Part shown: positions 11,875 to 20,466 of the stretch, piece after piece
Numbering within the stretch: the stretch's first letter is position 1
Layout of the letters: every line of letters starts with the position of its first letter
NCBI GenBank assembly: GCA_029717555.1
Contig: JAMDHS010000035.1
Span: 186,001 to 206,564 of the forward strand
DNA: 20,564 bases
DNA from: Peribolospora baueri
Taxonomy: Eukaryota
Direction: 5' to 3'
Notes under the pieces: model-generated
What the model saw: only the letters and a program-made list of their open reading frames with translations
The model's database searches: none
What the model was told of the DNA's origin: nothing
Made by a program: the position numbers and the translations under genes

Positions 11875-12042
11875 TCAACTTCGTCGAGCCCGTTTGCCCT
11901 TGGGCTCAAACTTGTCACCAGGCTTGGGCTTCTGCGGGTACTGTGCGTGAAACTCGTCCGCCAGGTCCTCACTTCGCTCGAGGTGCTCTGACGGCTCCCA
12001 CGTCGTTTCCTCCGCGCCCTGGTATCCCATCCACTTGACCTT
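11875..12042 (-). mobile_element. 3' end of chromovirus pol: integrase C-terminal chromodomain (5'-truncated)
   Basis: Not in the ORF track; translates KVKWMGYQGAEETTWEPSEHLERSEDLADEFHAQYPQKPKPGDKFEPKGKRARRS*, matching VKWxGY..TWEP..L..FH..YP.KP of Ty3/Gypsy chromodomains; followed by PPT and LTR. Confidence 0.88.
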
Positions 12043-12043
12043 G

Positions 12044-13255
12044 CGTCTCCAAGAGGAGGAGCCAAAGGCGGTGATTCAACTGCCGATCGACCTCAGAAAT
12101 GGGCTCAGCGTCAACCGGGCGTTCGATCTCCTCATCCGTACGGCCCAGCTCGCCGGACTCTCGTTTCCTGAGCCCCTCACGTGGGAGGCGGCAGAGGTGC
12201 TTCAGAGCATTTGGCGTATTTTTGACGAGCGAGAGGGACTTTGGTTTACCTTTAAGCTTTCCATTGACGATGGAAAAGTGAGGGTGTGAGTGCTGTCTTT
12301 GATCTTATCCACGTCTGCCCTGCATGCAATGCCGATGCCGATGTCACTTTCTATCCGCATAGGTTGGACCCACACCTTGAGTTCGACACTTTTGCCCTGC
12401 ATCGCCAGCCCAACTTGAAGGAGATTTACGACAAGCGAAACCGCAACGCAAACGCTGCCCTGGCCGAAGGTGGTAGCCTTTTTTACATCAAGCTGAACAA
12501 CGGTAAGCGTCTCGCGCGTGTGGCGCAGTACTATTATGCAGTCCCGCACAATATTGGCACCATGAACTTTTCCTTCTAGACTCTGATCACGCTTTCCTCA
12601 TCTTCGACCAATTATTGGTCTAAACAGGCGGAAATGTGGGCTGCTTCGGTTATGGTGCAGGCAATGCAATGGCAACAATGGACGGCCTAAGCCTAGCAGG
12701 CGGCAAGATGAGCTCCCTAACCTCTCTTCCTCACCCTCTTCTTTCGGGCGCTGGCGGTCGAAACGCTCAATCGAAACCCTGATGTGAAGGCGATTTTCAT
12801 CAACAGTGCGTCGCCCCTGCTGCGTCGACGCTGCGCCGTTGCTCAATTATCTAACTATCTGACCGAATCTCTGCGCAGCTTTCGGCGGAATCACTCACAC
12901 GAAGTGAGTCGCAACAATGCAGCGCTGATATCGCATGGAAGCATTAGCTTATCACCACTCCTCGTAATGCCTCGCCAGTGTTGTGGCCCAGGGCATCACT
13001 GAGGCTGTGCGCGAGAACAACATGAAGCAGCCCATCGTGGCGCGGATGAAGGGAACGGGAGCAGAGGAGGCCAAGAGATTGGTACGCGCCGGTCGCCTCC
13101 CGAAAACATGAGAACAGTACGCATGTCCGCTGACTGGGCGTGTTCTGGACTTGATATGACAGTTGCAAGATTCCAGGCTGCCCATTGCGACTTACGACGA
13201 TTTCAAGGAGGCAGCAGCTCATGCTGTTCAAGCAGCGCAGACTGGCAGGTTGTAA
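12044..13255 (+). pseudogene. Divergent succinyl-CoA ligase beta-subunit-like pseudogene, 5'-truncated, 7 exon pieces
   Basis: Spliced translation: PKAVIQLPIDLRNGLS..EAAEVLQSIWRIFDEREG..DGKVRV|LDPHLEFDTFALHRQP..LFYIKLNNG|GNVGCFGYGAGNAMATMDGLSLAGGK|..LAVETLNRNPDVKAIFIN|TFGGITHTN|VVAQGITEAV..PIVARMKGTGAEEAKRL|LQDSRLPIATYDDFKEAAAHAVQAAQTGRL*. Introns 12286-12362, 12503-12627, 12806-12878, 12904-12978, 13082-13162. Donor at 12708 reads ATGAGC (GT lost) and the PANFLD-GGGA segment is missing at about 12745. Confidence 0.88.
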
Positions 13256-13777
13256 ACGCGCACTGAGGTCGTCGCTGCACGCCACATGCGCGCACGACTT
13301 TAAGGTAGACATTCCTTTACAACTTTGATCTTAAATCCATATCTTTCAACACAGCTTCCAGCTGTAGCCTTCAAAACTGACTTACTTCAACTCACTCAAC
13401 ACGAGCACCGCTTGGAGACACGTGTGCAAAAAGAAATAGGTTTAGTGATATGCAAGCGACGAGGGAGCAGTGTCGCACGACGGGAGGGACCGGCGATGAC
13501 CGACCGGTGGCGACGACGCGTCTCTCGACTACGGGCTGTCGGACCTAGCTCCGAGTGGCCCGTGCCCGACTCCTATGGCCCGTGCGCAACCCTAACCTGC
13601 GCCCACGGCGCCCTCACTGATACGGAAAAGGAAGGGGGACGGGGCGAAGAATGACGGGCGATTAAATGAGAAAGCGGACGTATAGATGGATGGAAGGAAT
13701 TTTGGGTTACGTGTGAAGGTTAGACGTACGAGTGTCCATATGGGTAAAAGTATGAGCTTCAATCGGCACATTTCCGT

Positions 13778-14006
13778 ACCTGGTATTTCTCTATCAAAGC
13801 TGTGCAGAATGTCGCCGGTGACGAGGAGGATGAGGGAACAAAGATGTCGCTGGGGAGAGAGGAAAAGGTATAAATGGCAGAGTACACCTCTCCGCTACGC
13901 ACCCCTCCATCTCGTCCAACGCTCTTCTCCCAGCAATTTTTGAAGCCGAAAGCTTTCTGTTGGATCTTCAGCATGTTCTTCACCAAGCATAGCACGACGA
14001 AAGCTG
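13778..14006 (-). pseudogene. Possible spliced gene relic, product unrecognised
   Basis: Minus-strand pattern CTTCTCAG|exon|GTGCGT...CTCCCCAG|exon|GTACGG; no recognisable motif and frame uncertain. Confidence 0.25.
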
Positions 14007-15002
14007 AGAAGGGTAACGAGGTGAGCAGCACGCCCACTGTATCTCTTCCAACGGCCGACATCGCCCGGCGTAGTCATCAGGATGGAGCCGAGGATCACGA
14101 CACCCTTCCAAGGAGAGCCGGAGCGACACGCCTCGTAACGCACGGCGGCCGAAGGGAGCGTTTCTGGCTGTAGTGCCAAAAAGGCTCTCAGCGGATCTAA
14201 CGTGTGCTCGATTGTTCGTTTATTTGCAGATGAGAGCTCGATTCAGGCTTGCGAAAGAGAACCAGGACTGTCGTAAGAAGGCTGCTTCTATGAACAGAAA
14301 GGAAGACCGTAATTATTGTGCATCTGTTGTTCTACATACAAGAAAGGGAGAAGGCGATCGTCGTCTATGTATGGCGCGTCGGAAGGATATTCAGGGAAGC
14401 AGGACTTGGCAAAGCTTTCAGCTATGAGCTGTCATTGCTATTTGTGTAAATATTACGGCGACTTCCACTGTTACCTTACCTTTTATCTACAAGCTTTCAG
14501 GCTTTCACTTGTTTGAGGTCAAACCCTACTTCCATTGTTTTTCATTAATTCAGAGATCCTGCCTTGGGATACGCCTCTCGGCTCGAAAAGCTCGACATCA
14601 GCAGACACCACGCGCTCAGGTGACGCCAATATGCAAAACGCGGTTTGGCAGTTGAGCCGAAATATTAAATATTTAGTTTGACTCTGCACGCCGTTCAGAG
14701 TGAGTTCGTCCCCCCAGGCTCGAGCCCCACCCCACATGGTAAATAACAGGCTTCGGCCAATTCATTTGGAGGGACGCGTGGAACAAAGTCCTCAAGTCCC
14801 GTGCCACTCTTCCTTGGCCCCTCTTCTTCCTTTTCTCTTCTCCTTCTCCTTTCTCTTCTCCACCGCTACCACGAGCACCACCCTGCCTCGCTCCACCGTA
14901 AGTCTGCTACGTTCATCACATCGCTCAATATATCCTCCTCGTACTATCTCGCCGCCTCTTTCCTCTTTTTGGTCTCCGTTCCATATATAGACTTGTTCAG
15001 CC

Positions 15003-15879
15003 ATGCCTTCCTCTCCGGAGCCAGAACTTCCAAGTCAGAGCCCAACAACCGAGTCTAGCGGCACCTGGCCATCCGAACTGAGCCCCGGCGAGGAGGTTTA
15101 CAAAAACTTCAAGACAAGGAGCGTTTCCCTTGTCGACGGTCAGATTTTACGAGTGCAGGATTTAGTCCGCAGCGAAACCGCAGACTTTCACTTACAGTCT
15201 CACGAAAACTACGCCGGAGCCGTACGATTCGTCAAGGCGAATACGACCATTCCCGTACCCGAGGTAAACCGCCTTGGAACAGTCGGTCCCTATGAATTCA
15301 TGTACCTGGAGAAGATGGAAGGAACTCCTCTGCCGGATGACGACGACGCAGTGATCGAGGACAACCTGGTGGCCCAAATACTAGCTTTTCGGGAGCAGCT
15401 ACGGTCAATCAAAAGCGACGTGATCCGAGGCTTTGGACGGGACCAGAAGCTTACGGACCCGCGGCTCACCAAAATGGACATCCCTCTGTTACTGTAACCG
15501 TGTGGATCGGTTCTCGAGTACCTCATTCGCCGTCTTCGCGCCCTCGAAAGACCGCACATCGAATCGCTGGATCGCCTGATTTCCCATTTGGAATCGGGCG
15601 CCATTCAGATCGAGCCGTGCGACATCGTTCTCTGTCACGGCGACTTGTCGGCGTGCAACATTCTCGCCAAGGACGGCAAAGTGACCGCGTTGTTGGACTG
15701 GGAATACGCTGGCTTCTACCCGGAGTATCACGAAGACTATTACCCCCACAAGAACGAGCCTCTGCATTACTTGGTATAGCGACGCTTGGATGGACAAGTT
15801 TCCGACCATAGCCAAGATTGAAAGATGCATCGCGATGGCAGGCAATAGGAAGGAAAGGGACATTTGTCCGAGTTCATAG
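15003..15879 (+). pseudogene. APH / choline-kinase-family phosphotransferase (atypical kinase fold), disrupted
   Basis: FVKANTTIPVPEV..MYLEKMEGTPL..QLRSI then VLCHGDLSACNIL..VTALLDWEYAGFYPEYHE. ORFs 15003..15497 and 15588..15779 share one frame, separated by a single TAA at 15495-15497. A probable frameshift near 15770 would extend the C-terminus to TAG 15877-15879. No introns seen. Confidence 0.85.
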
Positions 15880-16889
15880 AGTCTAATTTCGTCCTCTGAT
15901 CCGTCCTTCCGTCTTAGGGCCGAGACAGTCGGCATGTACTTCAGTATTAATAGCTGATGCCAACGCCAGGAATCCTACCGGTCTGTCGCCCCTGCTCCCC
16001 GCAGTCTCGATACCCCTCCTTCCTGGCCCTCGTCCTGCGAGCTTTCTCCGAGTCGTTTCCCTTGCCCCGCAGGGAAACCCCTGTATACGATGAGCGTTCG
16101 CACGATCCCTTAGAGGGGACATATGCCGACGCTTTGCAGGCAGCGAGAGCCAAGAAGAGAGTTATGCACCAGAGTTCCATCTCCTCTACTTGACGTCCAT
16201 ACAGTTAGCGTGACAAAGAGGACAATTCATTTGAATAGCGGACCTTAAGAGGATTCCAATTCGGTGACACCCTTTTCCACTACCCCTCTTTCCTCACCTT
16301 TTGTCGCTTTCGTTCTTCTTTCATTCTTTTACCTCAACCACTACCACCTCCAACTCCAAACCATGTCCCACTCCTCCGACACCCCTCGGCAGTTAGCCGC
16401 CCTCGCCAATCTTCGCGCACGAGTCCATCTCCCCGCACTTCGTAAGCACCCATTTGCCTACCTGCCGCCAACGCGATCAAGCAAAACACGAACATCGAAG
16501 TGCACGCCGGCAGACTCCCTGGTGTTTATGCTCGGCGGGGCTCTGCCATGCGAGAATGGCCGGGGTCGGTGACGACCATGCTGAGCAATCGTGTGAATGT
16601 TATCCAACCCTGAATATGTGCCGATGACGGGTGCCGACCAGTTCTGCATTCGCCAACGACGACCTAAGCTACTGTATGGCAAGCGCTTTGCGTGGCGCGT
16701 CGGAGTAGAAGCACGATAAGAACGAGGGGAGCCGCCGGATCGCATGAGTCCCAGCGGGCTAGACCGTCATGACCGCGTCGTCTCCCCGTCCAACCATCTG
16801 CCCTGTTAGACCCCGAGTGGCAGGCAGCGTTGCAGATTCGCCTCCCAAACCTCTCCATCAGGGCCCGCGTCCGTCGAGACCCACCGACA

Positions 16890-17500
16890 CGCCTATCTCG
16901 GCCTCGTCGCAGCCTTCTGCGCCCCCGCCTGTGCCCCCTTGAAGAGAAGGTCGAATTTCGTGATGAAAAGGTCGACGTCAGTGACGGGGAAAGGGTGGCT
17001 TCAGGGTGAGCGCATGCGGGTCGGAAGGTCGAGGTGAGAAAAAGAAAGACGTAGGACACAATACAGGGTGGCAGACTCACCGGCGGATGCGTTCTCTTGT
17101 TCAAGCAGGTCTCTTAGCTTCATCCGCCGACAAGCTCACATGTCTCGCCTAGCGCATCGTCAGTAGCGAGCGCCTTCAGAAAACGTCTATGGTGACGGTG
17201 GAAGAGTCTCGTGGGCGTCTCTGGGGCGGAGGAGTACCTCTTGGATCACTCCGTGTTGTGGAAGGAGTTCACGTCCGCCGTGGTGAAGCACATAACGGAG
17301 AAGATTCTCATGGGGAAGGAGGCGTGGACGCTCATGATTTTTTGCAGGGCGCTGACGCGGTGAAGGCGCCGTAGGATTCTAGGGTCAGAAGCGGTGCACT
17401 TCTATCGGTCCTTTGTGCCCTCGTTTCCTTTTGTTCTCTATGCTGACTCACATCACAAGGGTATTGTGCGTGCAAACTTCTCCATACATATGGACTGCAC
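16890..17500 (-). pseudogene. Degenerate multi-exon gene relic, product unrecognised
   Basis: GTGAGT donors at about 17451 and 17080, CTGAC..TAG branch/acceptor pairs near 17380 and 17149; joined frame ILRRLHRVSALQKIMSV..NTE*SKR|RDM*ACRRMKLRDLLEQENASA|HPFPVTDVDLFITKFDLLFKG with internal TGA stops. Confidence 0.35.
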
Positions 17501-17834
17501 GAGGTAGGGTTCTGTGTCTTGTTCCCAAGTATAAATGAGGGGCATCTGCTCAGCTTCGGCGTTGCCCACCTACCTCTTAACACTCATCATCTCGCCGCAT
17601 CGTCTCTCTTTCAGTACGTCCCGCTAACCTAAACCCGAAATCTAACTCCACAGTCTTCTCACTACGCTTGCGGGTAGTAGTCATCTTGCCTTCATACAGG
17701 TGGCGCTAGACTGAAGACCACACCTCCTATCTTTGCTCTGCACCCCAATTTAATTGCCCATTCAAGCGTCAATCACCTCCTCCGTTGGCTTGCCTGCCAT
17801 TCGCCACATTCTGATCAATCTTCGTATCAGAGTC

Positions 17835-19010
17835 ATGGGTGGAGCAGCCAGCAAATTCCTGCCCAGCGTTTGCCTGGGCTCGTCCGATTTATCCGCAAAA
17901 CAGGAAGAGCCGGCGCGACAGGCAGGATATCAAATTGACCACGACAATGTCGTGCATCACCCGCTCGGAGCTGGATCCTACATTTTCCGAGAAGGGCTTA
18001 TCCAACACCTAAACAATCATTGCACCAAGGGTCGCATCATCCTACATATCGGTTCGCAACCGAACAGCTCTCCACACATGGGCACCATCGTCAACTTCGC
18101 GGTCGCATTCTTCCTAGCATCCAAGCTGTATCACGATCACGATCGCCCGGTCCTGGTCTCCCTCGATATCGTCGACACGGCTCCATCGGAGCAGCTTACC
18201 ATAGACGGGATTCGCTATCAACGCAGCCAGCGCTTCACGCGTGAGATGGATGGGTATATGGGAGACTTTATATCCGTACTTGAAGCCCTACGTCCCCGCA
18301 CCGGCGTTGAATACAGGATCAGGACCCAAGCAGAATTCCTGTCCGATCCCTTGATGCCGGCGGCGCTCAGTGAAGTCATACGTGACCGAGACGTGCTCGG
18401 CCCCTCGTTCTCCCCAAAGACCCGCAAGCTAGCCATCCGCGCTGCGTGTCCTCACGTCGATTGCGGACTGGCAGACAAGGATGGGGTGCGGAACGTGTAC
18501 GAAGACAACGTCATCACGTTCTCGTGCCCTCACCACGGATCGTACATCATCAATGTGTCGGATCCCCGGGATATACAAAGGCTAGAATTCAACACGCCCC
18601 TTCGTAATATCCTGCGGGCCAAGGTTTTTACTCGAGACCCGGATGCGTCCTGGATCCATGTCCCCGGAGCAGACTATGCGGGCTATTACCAAGAGCAGTT
18701 GCTCTGGCGTCACATAGACCAGCCGCTCTTGACCTTTTACTCCCCGCTGATCGTCGACTGGTCGGGCGCGAAGCTGTCGAAGAGCCTGTACGTCAGAAGC
18801 GGGGCGTACCAGTACCTCAAGGACGCGGGCATGGACTATCTGGTATCGTTTGCGAAGTTCAAGGAGCAGGGAAAGGACCTGGACGTGGTTTTTGATGAAG
18901 TGGCGGATTGTGTTGACCACCCGTATAAACTGTTCCGGTCATACAGTGTGGCGTACATCGACTCGCTGTTCAAAGGGGATACGCCGCACCAGGGAGAGAT
19001 CGGTAAATAG
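17835..19010 (+). CDS. Stand-alone class I aminoacyl-tRNA-synthetase-like catalytic domain (class I LysRS / class Ib-like HUP fold), 391 aa, intronless, no anticodon-binding domain
   Basis: HIGH-equivalent IGSQPNSSPHMGT (HMGT at 18075-18086), KMSKS-equivalent PLIVDWSGAKLSKS (18771-18785), Cys/His insert CPHVDCG..CPHHG, HVPGADYAG before the KMSKS loop; only about 75 aa follow KLSKS. First ATG gives MGGAASK. Confidence 0.85.
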   Translation: MGGAASKFLPSVCLGSSDLSAKQEEPARQAGYQIDHDNVVHHPLGAGSYIFREGLIQHLNNHCTKGRIILHIGSQPNSSPHMGTIVNFAVAFFLASKLYHDHDRPVLVSLDIVDTAPSEQLTIDGIRYQRSQRFTREMDGYMGDFISVLEALRPRTGVEYRIRTQAEFLSDPLMPAALSEVIRDRDVLGPSFSPKTRKLAIRAACPHVDCGLADKDGVRNVYEDNVITFSCPHHGSYIINVSDPRDIQRLEFNTPLRNILRAKVFTRDPDASWIHVPGADYAGYYQEQLLWRHIDQPLLTFYSPLIVDWSGAKLSKSLYVRSGAYQYLKDAGMDYLVSFAKFKEQGKDLDVVFDEVADCVDHPYKLFRSYSVAYIDSLFKGDTPHQGEIGK

Positions 19011-19135
19011 ATCTTCGTGTGAGGAGTGTTTATCTGAAGAATACATAGTATCGAGCGAAAGTGGCCTGCAATGAATGGGTTTGAATGTTCAAGTAGATCA
19101 AAACGGTTAAACGGGACTCACGGACACGAGACGAG

Positions 19136-19730
19136 TCAAAACAAGCGGATTTGATCCTCGACCACGATATCCTTCACCATGCTCTCCGTCACATAAGCGA
19201 AACGCTGCGGGAAGGTCACCCCGTACTTTTCCTGCATCTCCGCCAAGGGCAATGGATGTCGAAGCTGGTAAAGTTCCTTGATCTCGTATGCGTACGCGGC
19301 CACGGCCTTCTTCAGCCCAGCGTTGAAATCCGCATTCCCCATTCCATCCTCAACCTCGATCTCGCCCGGAGATTTGCCATCACTGATGACGGCGATGTAT
19401 CGTAGCGTCTGGTCTGGGCTGGAGGCATATAGCCTGCGGAGCGAAGTCATTAGAATAGCGCCAACGAGGGTTCATGAGTGAACTGAAGGATTGCTATAAC
19501 ACTCACCACATCCTCTTGACCGAGTTGGAGATGAGATACTTGCGAAACTCGTGGTTCTTCGTACGTGCGACAATATAGTCCATATAGACAGGCTTGATGG
19601 AAATCAGAATGTCCGCTTTGGACGTGGTCTCCTTCGACGCGGACGGGGCAGTTCGACGGCGAGATCCTGAGGACAGCTCGGACACGGCGGCTTGCCGTTT
19701 TCGCTTTGTCGAGGCTGTCTCCTCCTTCAT
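19136..19730 (-). CDS. ASCH / PUA-like domain protein, 173 aa; exons 19730-19507 and 19433-19136
   Basis: 73-nt intron (GTGAGT..CTAAT..GCAG, 19506-19434) joins ORFs 19503..19730 and 19136..19450: ILISIKPVYMDYIVARTKNHEFRKY..MW|LYASSPDQTLRYIA..AYAYEIKELYQLRHPLPLAEM..PQRFAYV, the ASCH-type pattern ISIKP.Y...I....K..E.R / YxSxP / PQxFxY. Confidence 0.85.
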
Positions 19731-20202
19731 GACCAGATAGCGACTGAGTTTCAGGGGTAGCTTCGGCAGTGAACGACAACAACGTCGGATCGTAATTAGC
19801 GAGGGAAAGATTCTGGGGGAAAAACCCGGCTACGTACACGGCGAGGCTCCGTATAAAGGGAAAACGTCTCCAGAGATGAGCGGCGTTGCGCGGGTTCAGC
19901 GGGGAGGCGAAGACGCGACTCGTCCAAGATTCGCGACGTTGATGCTTACACGTGACCGTGGAAAGAGGCTGAGCGCGTAATTGGCGCGTAAACATCACGC
20001 AGAGACAACGCAGAGAGATGTTGCCTTTCTGGGTTGCTTTACGCTCCTTCTACACCGTTGTCTCCGAGACGCAGACCTCCAAGAGAGGATACTCTATTAA
20101 GGTCTGCACCTCAACGCGCCCCTGGCACCGGACCACGACCTTCGACTTCCGAGTATGTATCCGTCGCGAGGACGACACCCAAGCTCGTGAGCTTTGTGGG
20201 TA

Positions 20203-20466
20203 GGCCGAGAGATCGGGCGCCAACGGCGTGGTGAAAGACTTTCACTGGGTGAGTACCCGGCGCTCGCCGACGAGCAAGACTCATGCGTGACCCTCTTTTG
20301 TCCTCCCGAGCGGTCTGCAGCTTCTTTAAGATGGCTTGAGGACGTTGTCGACGAAGCTTGACGACACCGCACTGTTCTACGTCTTGATGTGAGCGCTCCG
20401 CGCCGCCGGCGCTTGAGCTGGTTTGCGATAAGCTTGACCGCTTGAAGGGCCGGAAACATTGGAAGC
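20203..20466 (+). pseudogene. Spliced gene relic ending at the telomere junction
   Basis: Intron-like segments GTGAGT..TGCAG (20249-20320) and GTGAGC..TTGAC..AAG (20389-20447); each of two candidate frames carries one stop; product unrecognised. Confidence 0.4.

Noticed and set aside
12503..12579. Read-through ...VPHNIGTMNFSF* as the SCS-beta NIG motif
   Set aside because: The better match GNVGCFGYGAGNAMATMD follows the CAG acceptor at 12627, so this stretch is intron
17624..17650. CTAACC/AAACCC telomere-like words (also aaccctaacc near 13588)
   Set aside because: Only one or two degenerate units; expected by chance
17754..17834. TTG-initiated N-terminal extension of the aaRS-like ORF
   Set aside because: Eukaryotic context; the first ATG at 17835 gives a coherent MG...S start
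17835..19010. Housekeeping lysyl- or glutamyl-tRNA synthetase
   Set aside because: No anticodon-binding domain, too short, subtelomeric; fungal LysRS is class II
19450..19998. 182-aa minus-strand ORF overlapping ASCH exon 1
   Set aside because: Alternative frame with no motifs; the ASCH signature lies in the 19730 frame
13300..20466. Telomere-linked RecQ helicase or telomere-targeted non-LTR retroelement
   Set aside because: No helicase or reverse-transcriptase motifs seen in any frame examined
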